The notes beneath the pieces were generated by a model that had not been told where the DNA came from, did no database searches, and saw nothing but the letters and a program-made list of their open reading frames with translations. This document shows positions 11,281 to 23,900 of a DNA stretch of 64,000 bases, in pieces (the first letter of the stretch is position 1; each line of letters starts with the position of its first letter). The position numbers were made by a program, and so were the translations under genes. This DNA is from Mobula hypostoma (taxonomy: Eukaryota), in assembly GCF_963921235.1 (NCBI RefSeq), contig NC_086097.1:31808001-31872000 (forward strand). Direction: 5' to 3'.

Positions 11281-11560
11281 GACCGGAGAGGGCGGAGACG
11301 GGCCGGCCCCCACCGGTGAGTGACGGCGGCTCTCGGCGCTGGCGGAACGGAGACGGAGCGGGGCTGACAGACGCTCGGGCTCTGCTGACTCCCGGCTGGT
11401 CATGGAGCGGGAGCAGACAGGTAGACGGTGAGTGCGTCTCCGGGGTTCCCCGCGCCACTCTTCCCTTCTTTTTCTGCCCCTCTCACTGGACATACACACC
11501 AGCTTCGCCGCCGCTCGAAACTGGGCATTTGTTGCACTTTTGACGCTGACGGAAAAAGTA
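11280..11560 (+). promoter_or_regulatory. CpG-island-like promoter and probable first exon of an unidentified gene
   Basis: The strongest non-repeat CpG cluster in the window. GC box GGGCGG at 11290-11295, ATG at 11402 in good Kozak context (gtcATGG), and splice donors CAG|GTAGAC after 11420 and ACG|GTGAGT after 11427. Confidence 0.7.
11402..11427 (+). CDS. Possible short first coding exon (MEREQTGR...), gene unknown; could instead be 5' UTR
   Basis: Kozak ATG followed after 26 nt by a consensus GTGAGT donor. Too short to identify. Confidence 0.3.
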
Positions 11561-11989
11561 TTCTTGTTTTACAGTTTTGGGGCTGGGTGGGGGCTCGTGT
11601 TGTCTTTGAGTGAGTGGGCGGGGTGGGGTGTTGTTGGAGGTGTCTGTGGACGTTCGGAGTGTTGTGTGTCTGTGTGTGTACAGGGGTGGGTGCGTGCGTA
11701 AGTGTACAGGGAGAAGGGGTGGGGTGTGTGTATGTGTTCATCAGACATTCCTCGTGGGGTGGGGAGGGGAGGGCATGAGGAGAGGTGGTCTCCTCTCCAC
11801 CACCGCCACCGCCACCGCCACCATAATGCTCCCTTGGGATGGAGAAAGCAGACGAGCCCCATCTTTCTTCCATCACGTACACTCTTTATTCCCCTTTGCC
11901 TCACTCTTCCCTCTCCTCCCTTATCCACACTCCCACCTCCCTCACACTACCTCTGTGCTCCTCCCGTGTCTCTCTGCCCCTTTCCCCTC

Positions 11990-14900
11990 TGCGCCTTCCC
12001 TTTCTGCCCCCCAGTCTCTCCCCACCCTTCCCTTTCTGCCCACCAGTCTCTCCCCACCCTTCCCTTTCTGCCCCCCAGTCTGTCCCCCACCCTTCCCTTT
12101 CTGTCCACAGTGTCTCCCCCACAGTCCCTCTCCCCACCCTTCCCTTTCTGCACCCCAGTCTCGTCCCACCCCTTTCTGCCCCCAGTCTCTCCCCCACCCT
12201 TCCCTTTCTGCCCCCAGTCTCTCCCCCACCCTTCCCTTTCTGCCCCCACTATCTCCCCGCCCTTCCCTTTCTGCCCCCAGTCTCTCCCTCACCCTTCCCT
12301 TTCTGCCCCCAGTCTCTCCCCACCCTTCCCTTTCTGCCCCCCAGTCTCTCCCCCACCCTTCCCTTTCTGCCCCCCAGTCTCTCCCCCACCCTTCCCTTTC
12401 TGCCCCCCAGTCTCTCCCCCACCCTTCCCTTTCTGCCCCCCAGTCTGTCCCCCACTCTTCCCTTTCTGTCCCCAGTCTCTCCCCTCTCTTCCCTTTCTGC
12501 CCCCGTTTCTCGCCACCCTTCCCTTTCTGCCCCCCAGTCTGTCTTCCACCCTTCCCTTTCTGCAACCCAGTCTGTCTTCCACCCTTCCCTTTCTGCCCCG
12601 TCTCTCCCCCACCCTTCCCTTTCTGCCCCGTCTCTCCCCCACCCTTCCCTTTCTGCCCCGTCTCTCCCCCACCCTTCTCTTTCTGCTTCACAGTCTGTCC
12701 CCCACCTTTCCCTTTCTGCCCCCCAGTCTGTTTCCCACCCTTCCTTTTCTGTCCCCACCTTTCCCTTTCTGCCCCCAGTCTGTTTCCCACCCTTCCCTTT
12801 CTGTCCCCAGTGTCTCCCCCACAGTCCCTCTCCCCACCCTTCCCTTTCTGTCCCTAGTGTCTCCCCCACAGACCCTCTCCCCACCCTTCCCTTTCTGCAC
12901 CCCAGTCTCTCCCCACCCTTCCCTTTCTGTCCCCAGTGTCTCCCCCACCCTTCCCTTTCTGTCCTCAGTCTCTCCCTCACCCTTCCCTTTCTGCCCCCCA
13001 GTCTCTCCCCACCCTTCCCTTTCTGTCCTCAGTGTCACACCCACCCTTCCCTTTCTGCCCCCAATCTCTCCCCTCCCTTCCCTTTCTGCCCCCCACTCTC
13101 TCCCCACCCTTCCCTTTCTGCCCCCAGTGTCTCCCCCACAGTCCCTCGCCCCACCCTTCCCTTTCTGCCCCCCAGTCTCTCCCCACCTTTCCCTTTCTGC
13201 CCCCCACTCTCTCCCCCACCCTTCCCTTTCTGCCCCCCACTCTCTCCCCACCCTTCCCTTTCTGTCCCCAGTGTCTCCCCCACAGTCCCTCGCCCCATCC
13301 TTCCCTTTCTGTCCCCAGTCTCTCCCTCACCCTTCCCTTTCTGCCCCCCAGACTGTCCCCCACCCTTCTTTTTCTGCCCCCAATCTCTCCCTCACCCTTC
13401 CCTTTCTGCCCCCAATCTCTCCCTCACCCTTCCCTTTCTGCCCCCAGTCTCTCCCCACCCTTCCCTTTCTGCCCCCCAGTCTCCCCCCCACCCTTCCCTT
13501 TCTGCCCCCCAGTCTGTCTTCCACCCTTCCCTTTCTGCCCCCCAGTCTGTCTTCCACCCTTCCCTTTCTGCCCCGTCTCTCCCCCACCCTTCCCTTTCTG
13601 CCCCGTCTCTCCCCCACCCTTCCCTTTCTGCTTCACAGTCTGTCCCCCACCTTTCCCTTTCTGCCCCCCAGTCTGTTTCCCACCCTTCCCTTTCTGTCCC
13701 CCCTTTCCCTTTCTGCCCCCAGTCTGTTTCCCACCCTTCCCTTTCTGTCCCCAGTGTCTCCCCCACAGTCCCTCTCCCCACCCTTCCCTTTCTGTCCCTA
13801 GTGTCTCCCCCACAGTCCCTCTCCCCACCCTTCCCTTTCTGCACCCCAGTCTCTCCCCACCCTTCCCTTTCTGTCCCCAGTGTCTCCCCCACCCTTCCCT
13901 TTCTGTCCCCAGTGTCTCCCCCACCCTTCCCTTTCTGTCCCCAGTCTCTCCCTCACCCTTCCCTTTCTGCCCCCCAGTCTCTCCCCACCCTTCCCTTTCT
14001 GCCCCCCAGTCTCTCCCCACCCTTCCCTTTCTGCCCCCCAGTCTCTCCCCACCCTTCCCTTTCTGCCCCCAGTCTCTCCCTCACCCTTCCCTTTCTGCCC
14101 CCAGTCTCTCCCTCACCCTTCCCTTTCTGCCCCCAGTCTCTCCCCACCCTTCCCTTTCTGCCCCCCAGTCTCTCCCCCACCCTTCCCTTTCTGCCCCCCA
14201 GTCTCTCCCCCACCCTTCCCTTTCTGCCCCCCAGTCTGTCCCCCACCCTTCCCTTTCTGTCTCCAGTGTCTACCCCACCCTTCCATTTCTGTCCCCAGTC
14301 TCTCCCCTCTCTTCCCTTTCTGCCCCCGTTTCTCCCCACACTTACCTTTCTGCCCCAGTCTCCCCCCCACCCTTCCCTTTCTGCCCCCCAGTCTGTCTTC
14401 CACCCTTCCCTTTCTGCCCCCCAGTCTGTCTTCCACCCTTCCCTTTCTGCCCCGTCTCTCCCCCACCCTTCCCTTTCTGCCCCGTCTCTCCCCCACCCTT
14501 CCCTTTCTGCCCCGTCTCTCCCCCACCCTTCCCTTTCTGCTTCACAGTCTGTCCCCCACCTTTCCCTTTCTGCCCCCCAGTCTGTTTCCCACCCTTCCCT
14601 TTCTGTCCCCACCTTTCCCTTTCTGCCCCCAGTCTGTTTCCCACCTTTCCCTTTCTGTCCCCAGTGTCTCCCGCACAGTCCCTCTCCCCACCCTTCCCTT
14701 TCTGTCCCTAGTGTCTCCCCCACAGTCCCTCTCCCCACCCTTCCCTTTCTGCACCCCAGTCTCTCCCCACCCTTCCCTTTCTGTCCCCAGTGTCTCCCCC
14801 ACCCTTCCCTTTCTGTCCCCAGTCTCTCCCTCACCCTTCCCTTTCTGCCCCCAGTGTCTCCCCCACAGTCCCTCGCCCCACCCTTCCCTTTCTGCCCCCC

Positions 14901-17900
14901 AGTCTCTCCCCACCCTTCCCTTTCTGCCCCCACTCTCTCCCCCACCCTTCCCTTTCTGCCCCCCAGTCTGTCTCCCACCCTTCCCTTTCTGTCCCCAGTG
15001 TCTCCCCCACAGTCCCTCGCCCCACCCTTCCCTTTCTGTCCCCAGTCTCTCCCTCACCCTTCCCTTTCTGCCCCCCAGACTGTCCCCCACCCTTCCCTTA
15101 ATGCCCCAAGTCTGTCTCCCACCCTTCCCTTTCTGTCCCCAGTGTCTCCCCCACGGTCCTTCTCCCCACCCTTCCCTTTCTGCCCCCCAGTCTGTCTTCC
15201 ACCCTTCCCTTTCTGCCCCCCAGTCTGTCTTCCACCCTTCCCTTTCTGCCCCGTCTCTCCCCCACCCTTCCCTTTCTGCCCCGTCTCTCCCCCACCCTTC
15301 CCTTTCTGCTTCACAGTCTGTCCCCCACCTTTCCCTTTCTGCCCCCCAGTCTGTTTCCCACCCTTCCCTTTCTGTCCCCCCTTTCCCTTTCTGCCCCCAG
15401 TCTGTTTCCCACCCTTCCCTTTCTGTCCCCAGTGTCTCCCCCACAGTCCCTCTCCCCACCCTTCCCTTTCTGTCCCTAGTGTCTCCCCCACAGTCCCTCT
15501 CCCCACCCTTCCCTTTCTGCACCCCAGTCTCTCCCCACCCTTCCCTTTCTGTCCCCAGTGTCTCCCCCACCCTTCCCTTTCTGTCCCCAGTGTCTCCCCC
15601 ACCCTTCCCTTTCTGTCCCCAGTCTCTCCCTCACCCTTCCCTTTCTGCCCCCCAGTCTCTCCCCACCCTTCCCTTTCTGCCCCCCAGTCTCTCCCCACCC
15701 TTCCCTTTCTGCCCCCCAGTCTCTCCCCACCCTTCCCTTTCTGCCCCCAGTCTCTCCCTCACCCTTCCCTTTCTGCCCCCAGTCTCTCCCTCACCCTTCC
15801 CTTTCTGCCCCCAGTCTCTCCCCACCCTTCCCTTTCTGCCCCCCAGTCTCTCCCCCACCCTTCCCTTTCTGCCCCCCAGTCTCTCCCCCACCCTTCCCTT
15901 TCTGCCCCCCAGTCTGTCCCCCACCCTTCCCTTTCTGTCTCCAGTGTCTACCCCACCCTTCCATTTCTGTCCCCAGTCTCTCCCCTCTCTTCCCTTTCTG
16001 CCCCCGTTTCTCCCCACACTTACCTTTCTGCCCCAGTCTCCCCCCCACCCTTCCCTTTCTGCCCCCCAGTCTGTCTTCCACCCTTCCCTTTCTGCCCCCC
16101 AGTCTGTCTTCCACCCTTCCCTTTCTGCCCCGTCTCTCCCCCACCCTTCCCTTTCTGCCCCGTCTCTCCCCCACCCTTCCCTTTCTGCCCCGTCTCTCCC
16201 CCACCCTTCCCTTTCTGCTTCACAGTCTGTCCCCCACCTTTCCCTTTCTGCCCCCCAGTCTGTTTCCCACCCTTCCCTTTCTGTCCCCACCTTTCCCTTT
16301 CTGCCCCCAGTCTGTTTCCCACCTTTCCCTTTCTGTCCCCAGTGTCTCCCGCACAGTCCCTCTCCCCACCCTTCCCTTTCTGTCCCTAGTGTCTCCCCCA
16401 CAGTCCCTCTCCCCACCCTTCCCTTTCTGCACCCCAGTCTCTCCCCACCCTTCCCTTTCTGTCCCCAGTGTCTCCCCCACCCTTCCCTTTCTGTCCCCAG
16501 TCTCTCCCTCACCCTTCCCTTTCTGCCCCCAGTGTCTCCCCCACAGTCCCTCGCCCCACCCTTCCCTTTCTGCCCCCCAGTCTCTCCCCACCCTTCCCTT
16601 TCTGCCCCCACTCTCTCCCCCACCCTTCCCTTTCTGCCCCCCAGTCTGTCTCCCACCCTTCCCTTTCTGTCCCCAGTGTCTCCCCCACAGTCCCTCGCCC
16701 CACCCTTCCCTTTCTGTCCCCAGTCTCTCCCTCACCCTTCCCTTTCTGCCCCCCAGACTGTCCCCCACCCTTCCCTTAATGCCCCAAGTCTGTCTCCCAC
16801 CCTTCCCTTTCTGTCCCCAGTGTCTCCCCCACGGTCCTTCTCCCCACCCTTCCCTTTCTGCCCCCCAGTCTGTCTTCCACCCTTCCCTTTCTGCCCCCCA
16901 GTCTGTCTTCCACCCTTCCCTTTCTGCCCCGTCTCTCCCCCACCCTTCCCTTTCTGCCCCGTCTCTCCCCCACCCTTCCCTTTCTGCTTCACAGTCTGTC
17001 CCCCACCTTTCCCTTTCTGCCCCCCAGTCTGTTTCCCACCCTTCCCTTTCTGTCCCCCCTTTCCCTTTCTGCCCCCAGTCTGTTTCCCACCCTTCCCTTT
17101 CTGTCCCCAGTGTCTCCCCCACAGTCCCTCTCCCCACCCTTCCCTTTCTGTCCCTAGTGTCTCCCCCACAGTCCCTCTCCCCACCCTTCCCTTTCTGCAC
17201 CCCAGTCTCTCCCCACCCTTCCCTTTCTGTCCCCAGTGTCTCCCCCACCCTTCCCTTTCTGTCCCCAGTGTCTCCCCCACCCTTCCCTTTCTGTCCCCAG
17301 TCTCTCCCTCACCCTTCCCTTTCTGCCCCCCAGTCTCTCCCCACCCTTCCCTTTCTGCCCCCCAGTCTCTCCCCACCCTTCCCTTTCTGCCCCCCAGTCT
17401 CTCCCCACCCTTCCCTTTCTGCCCCCAGTCTCTCCCTCACCCTTCCCTTTCTGCCCCCAGTCTCTCCCTCACCCTTCCCTTTCTGCCCCCAGTCTCTCCC
17501 CACCCTTCCCTTTCTGCCCCCAGTCTCTCCCCCACCCTTCCCTTTCTGCCCCCCAGTCTCTCCCCCACCCTTCCCTTTCTGCCCCCCAGTCTGTCCCCCA
17601 CCCTTCCCTTTCTGTCTCCAGTGTCTACCCCACCCTTCCATTTCTGTCCCCAGTCTCTCCCCTCTCTTCCCTTTCTGCCCCCGTTTCTCCCCACACTTAC
17701 CTTTCTGCCCCAGTCTCCCCCCCACCCTTCCCTTTCTGCCCCCCAGTCTGTCTTCCACCCTTCCCTTTCTGCCCCCCAGTCTGTCTTCCACCCTTCCCTT
17801 TCTGCCCCGTCTCTCCCCCACCCTTCCCTTTCTGCCCCGTCTCTCCCCCACCCTTCCCTTTCTGCTTCACAGTCTGTCCCCCACCTTTCCCTTTCTGCCC

Positions 17901-20900
17901 CCCAGTCTGTTTCCCACCCTTCCCTTTCTGTCCCCACCTTTCCCTTTCTGCCCCCAGTCTGTTTCCCACCTTTCCCTTTCTGTCCCCAGTGTCTCCCGCA
18001 CAGTCCCTCTCCCCACCCTTCCCTTTCTGTCCCTAGTGTCTCCCCCACAGTCCCTCTCCCCACCCTTCCCTTTCTGCACCCCAGTCTCTCCCCACCCTTC
18101 CCTTTCTGTCCCCAGTGTCTCCCCCACCCTTCCCTTTCTGTCCCCAGTCTCTCCCTCACCCTTCCCTTTCTGCCCCCAGTGTCTCCCCCACAGTCCCTCG
18201 CCCCACCCTTCCCTTTCTGCCCCCCAGTCTCTCCCCACCCTTCCCTTTCTGCCCCCACTCTCTCCCCCACCCTTCCCTTTCTGCCCCCCAGTCTGTCTCC
18301 CACCCTTCCCTTTCTGTCCCCAGTGTCTCCCCCACAGTCCCTCGCCCCACCCTTCCCTTTCTGTCCCCAGTCTCTCCCTCACCCTTCCCTTTCTGCCCCC
18401 CAGACTGTCCCCCACCCTTCCCTTAATGCCCCAAGTCTGTCTCCCACCCTTCCCTTTCTGTCCCCAGTGTCTCCCCCACGGTCCTTCTCCCCACCCTTCC
18501 CTTTCTGTCCCCAGTGTCTCCCCCACCCTTCCCTTTCTGTCCCCAGTGTCTCCCCCACAGTCCCTCTCCCCACCCTTCCCTTTCTGTCCCCAGTGTCTCC
18601 CCCACCCTTCCCTTTCTGTCCCCAGTGTCTCCCCCACAGTCCTTCTCCCCACCCTTCCCTTTCTGTCCCCAGTGTCTCCCCCACAGTCCCTCTCCCCACC
18701 CTTCCCTTTCTGTCCCCAGTGTCTCCCCCACAGTCTCTCTCCCCACCCTTCCCTTTCTGCACCCAGTCTCTCCCCTTCCTTCCCTTTCTGCCCCCAACTC
18801 TCTCCCCCACCCTTCCCTTTCTGCCCCAGAATCTCCCCACCCTTCCCTTTCTGCCCCGGTCTCTCCCCCATCCTTCCATTTCTGCCCCCAGTCTCTCCCC
18901 ACCCTTCCCTTTCTGCCCCCAGTCTCTCCCTCACCCTTCCCTTTCTGCCCCCCAGTCTCTCCCCACCCTTCCCTTTCTGCCCCCCCAGTCTCTCCCTCAC
19001 CCTTCCCTTTCTGCTTCCCAGTCTGTCTCCCACCCTTCCATTTCTGTCCCCAGTGTCTCCCCCACAGTCCCTCTCCCCACCCTTCCCATTCTGTCCCCAG
19101 TATCTCCCCACCCTTCCCTTTCTGTTCCCAGTCTCTCCCCACCCTTCCCTTTCTGCTCCCAGTCTCTCCCTGACCCTTCCCTTTCTGCCCCCAGTCTCTC
19201 CCTCACCCTTCCCTTTCTGCCCCCCAGTCTCTCCCCACCCTTCCCTTTCTGCCCCCCCAGTCTCTCCCTCACCCTTCCCTTTCTGCTTCCCAGTCTGTCT
19301 CCCACCCTTCCATTTCTGTCCCCAGTGTCTCCCCCACAGTCCCTCTCCCCACCCTTCCCATTCTGTCCCCAGTATCTCCCCACCCTTCCCTTTCTGTTCC
19401 CAGTCTCTCCCCACCCTTCCCTTTCTGCTCCCAGTCTCTCCCTGACCCTTCCCTTTCTGCCCCCCAGTCTCTCCCCACCCTTCCCTTTCTGCCCCCCCAG
19501 TCTCTCCCTCACCCTTCCCTTTCTGCTTCCCAGTCTGTCTCCCACCCTTCCATTTCTGTCCCCAGTGTCTCCCCCACAGTCCCTCTCCCCACCCTTCCCA
19601 TTCTGTCCCCAGTATCTCCCCCAGTCCCTCTCCCCACCCTTCCCTTTCTGTCCCCAGTGTCTCCCCACGCTTCCCTTTCTGCCCCCCAGTCTGTCTCCCA
19701 CCCTTCCCTTTCTGTCCCCAGTGTCTTCCCCACAGTCCCTCTCCCCACCCTTCCCTTTCTGTCCCCAGTGTCTCCTCACCCTTCCCTTTCTGTTCCGTCT
19801 CTCCCCACCCTTCCCTTTCTGCTCCCAGTCTCTCCCTGACCCTTCCCTTTCTGCCCCCCAGTCTCTCCCCACCCTTCCCTTTCTGCCCCCCAGTCTCTCC
19901 CTCACCCTTCCCTTTCTGCTTCCCAGTCTGTCTCCCACCCTTCCCTTTCTGTCCCCAGTGTCTCCCCCACAGTCCCACTCCCCACCCTTCCCTTTCTGTC
20001 CCCAGGGTCTCCCCCACCCTTCCCTTTCTGCACCCAGTCTCTCCCCTTCCTTCCCTTTCTGCCCACAACTCTCTCCCCCACCCTTCCCTTTCTGCCCCAG
20101 TTTCTCCCCACCCTTCCCTTTCTGCCCCGGTCTCTCCCCACCCTTCTTTTTCTGCCCCCACTCTCTCCCTCACCCTTCCCTTTCTGCCCCTAGTCGCTCC
20201 CCACCCTTCCCTTTCTGTCTCCAGTGTCTCCCCCACCCTTCCCTTTCTTCCCCCTTTTCTCCCCACCCTTCCCTTTCTGCCCACCAGTCTGTCCCCCCAC
20301 CCTTCCCTTTCTGCGGCCTAGTCTGTTTCCCACCCTTCCCTTTCTGCCCCCCAGTCTCTCCCCCACCCTTCCCTTTCTGCCCCCCCAGTCTGTCCCCTAC
20401 CCTTCCCTTTCTGCTTCCCAGTCTCTCCCACCCTTCCCTTTCTGTCCCCAGTGTCTCCCCCACAGTCCCTCTCCCCACCCTTCCCTTTCTGTCCCCAGTG
20501 TCTCCCCCACAGTCCCTCTCCACACCCTTCCCTTTCTGTCCCCAGTGTCTCCCCACCCTTCCCTTTCTGTCCCCAGTGTCTCCCCACCCTTCCCTTTCTG
20601 CCCCCCAGTCTGTCTCCCACCCTTCCCTTTTTGTCCCCAGTGTCTTCCCCACAGTCCCTCTCCCCACCCTTCCCTTTCTGTCCCCAGTGTCTCCCCACCC
20701 TTCCCTTTCTGTCCCCAGTCTCTCCCCACCCTTCCCTTTCTGCCCCCAGTCTCTCCCCACCCTTCCCTTTCTGCCCCCAGTCTCTCCCTGACCCTTCCCT
20801 TTCTGCCCCCCAGTCTCTCCCCACCCTTCCCTTTCTGCCCCCCAGTCTCTCCCCACCCTTCCCTTTCTGCCCCCCCAGTCTCTCCCTCACCCTTCCCTTT

Positions 20901-23900
20901 CTGCCCCCAGTCTCTCCCTCACCCTTCCCTTTCTGCCCCCAGTCTCTCCCCACCCTTCCCTTTCTGCCCCCCAGTCTCTCCCCCACCCTTCCCTTTCTGC
21001 CCCCCAGTCTGTCCCCCACCCTTCCCTTTCTGTCTCCAGTGTCTACCCCACCCTTCCATTTCTGTCCCCAGTCTCTCCCCTCTCTTCCCTTTCTGCCCCC
21101 GTTTCTCCCCACACTTACCTTTCTGCCCCAGTCTCCCCCCCACCCTTCCCTTTCTGCCCCCCAGTCTGTCTTCCACCCTTCCCTTTCTGCCCCCCAGTCT
21201 GTCTTCCACCCTTCCCTTTCTGCCCCGTCTCTCCCCCACCCTTCCCTTTCTGCCCCGTCTCTCCCCCACCCTTCCCTTTCTGCTTCACAGTCTGTCCCCC
21301 ACCTTTCCCTTTCTGCCCCCCAGTCTGTTTCCCACCCTTCCCTTTCTGTCCCCACCTTTCCCTTTCTGCCCCCAGTCTGTTTCCCACCTTTCCCTTTCTG
21401 TCCCCAGTGTCTCCCGCACAGTCCCTCTCCCCACCCTTCCCTTTCTGTCCCTAGTGTCTCCCCCACAGTCCCTCTCCCCACCCTTCCCTTTCTGCACCCC
21501 AGTCTCTCCCCACCCTTCCCTTTCTGTCCCCAGTGTCTCCCCCACCCTTCCCTTTCTGTCCCCAGTCTCTCCCTCACCCTTCCCTTTCTGCCCCCAGTGT
21601 CTCCCCCACAGTCCCTCGCCCCACCCTTCCCTTTCTGCCCCCCAGTCTCTCCCCACCCTTCCCTTTCTGCCCCCACTCTCTCCCCCACCCTTCCCTTTCT
21701 GCCCCCCAGTCTGTCTCCCACCCTTCCCTTTCTGTCCCCAGTGTCTCCCCCACAGTCCCTCGCCCCACCCTTCCCTTTCTGTCCCCAGTCTCTCCCTCAC
21801 CCTTCCCTTTCTGCCCCCCAGACTGTCCCCCACCCTTCCCTTAATGCCCCAAGTCTGTCTCCCACCCTTCCCTTTCTGTCCCCAGTGTCTCCCCCACGGT
21901 CCTTCTCCCCACCCTTCCCTTTCTGTCCCCAGTGTCTCCCCCACCCTTCCCTTTCTGTCCCCAGTGTCTCCCCCACAGTCCCTCTCCCCACCCTTCCCTT
22001 TCTGTCCCCAGTGTCTCCCCCACCCTTCCCTTTCTGTCCCCAGTGTCTCCCCCACAGTCCTTCTCCCCACCCTTCCCTTTCTGTCCCCAGTGTCTCCCCC
22101 ACAGTCCCTCTCCCCACCCTTCCCTTTCTGTCCCCAGTGTCTCCCCCACAGTCTCTCTCCCCACCCTTCCCTTTCTGCACCCAGTCTCTCCCCTTCCTTC
22201 CCTTTCTGCCCCCAACTCTCTCCCCCACCCTTCCCTTTCTGCCCCAGAATCTCCCCACCCTTCCCTTTCTGCCCCGGTCTCTCCCCCACCCTTCCCTTTC
22301 TGTCTCCAGTGTCTCCCCCATCCTTCCATTTCTGCCCCCAGTCTCTCCCCACCCTTCCTTTTCTGCCCCCAGTCTCTCCCTCACCCTTCCCTTTCTGCCC
22401 CCCAGTCTCTCCCCACCCTTCCCTTTCTGCCCCCCCAGTCTCTCCCTCACCCTTCCCTTTCTGCTTCCCAGTCTGTCTCCCACCCTTCCATTTCTGTCCC
22501 CAGTGTCTCCCCCACAGTCCCTCTCCCCACCCTTCCCATTCTGTCCCCAGTATCTCCCCACCCTTCCCTTTCTGTTCCCAGTCTCTCCCCACCCTTCCCT
22601 TTCTGCTCCCAGTCTCTCCCTGACCCTTCCCTTTCTGCCCCCAGTCTCTCCCTCACCCTTCCCTTTCTGCCCCCCAGTCTCTCCCCACCCTTCCCTTTCT
22701 GCCCCCCCAGTCTCTCCCTCACCCTTCCCTTTCTGCTTCCCAGTCTGTCTCCCACCCTTCCATTTCTGTCCCCAGTGTCTCCCCCACAGTCCCTCTCCCC
22801 ACCCTTCCCATTCTGTCCCCAGTATCTCCCCACCCTTCCCTTTCTGTTCCCAGTCTCTCCCCACCCTTCCCTTTCTGCTCCCAGTCTCTCCCTGACCCTT
22901 CCCTTTCTGCCCCCCAGTCTCTCCCCACCCTTCCCTTTCTGCCCCCCCAGTCTCTCCCTCACCCTTCCCTTTCTGCTTCCCAGTCTGTCTCCCACCCTTC
23001 CATTTCTGTCCCCAGTGTCTCCCCCACAGTCCCTCTCCCCACCCTTCCCATTCTGTCCCCAGTATCTCCCCCAGTCCCTCTCCCCACCCTTCCCTTTCTG
23101 TCCCCAGTGTCTCCCCACGCTTCCCTTTCTGCCCCCCAGTCTGTCTCCCACCCTTCCCTTTCTGTCCCCAGTGTCTTCCCCACAGTCCCTCTCCCCACCC
23201 TTCCCTTTCTGTCCCCAGTGTCTCCTCACCCTTCCCTTTCTGTTCCGTCTCTCCCCACCCTTCCCTTTCTGCTCCCAGTCTCTCCCTGACCCTTCCCTTT
23301 CTGCCCCCCAGTCTCTCCCCACCCTTCCCTTTCTGCCCCCCAGTCTCTCCCTCACCCTTCCCTTTCTGCTTCCCAGTCTGTCTCCCACCCTTCCCTTTCT
23401 GTCCCCAGTGTCTCCCCCACAGTCCCTCTCCCCACCCTTCCCTTTCTGTCCCCAGTCTCTCCCTCACCCTTCCCTTTCTGCACCCAGTCTCTCCCCTTCC
23501 TTCCCTTTCTGCCCACAACTCTCTCCCCCACCCTTCCCTTTCTGCCCCAGTTTCTCCCCACCCTTCCCTTTCTGCCCCGGTCTCTCCCCACCCTTCCCTT
23601 TCTGTCCCCAGTGTCTCCCCACCCTTCCCTTTCTGCCCCCCAGTCTGTCTCCCACCCTTCCCTTTCTGTCTCCAGTGTCTCCCCCACCCTTCCCTTTCTT
23701 CCCCCTTTTCTCCCCACCCTTCCCTTTCTGCCCACCAGTCTGTCCCCCACCCTTCCCTTTCTGCGGCCTAGTCTGTTTCCCACCCTTCCCTTTCTGCCCC
23801 CCAGTCTCTCCCCCACCCTTCCCTTTCTGCCCCCCCAGTCTGTCCCCTACCCTTCCCTTTCTGCTTCCCAGTCTCTCCCACCCTTCCCTTTCTGTCCCCA

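Noticed and set aside
10538..11499. About 300 aa minus-strand ORFs upstream of the promoter
   Set aside because: Low-complexity translations of the purine-rich tract.
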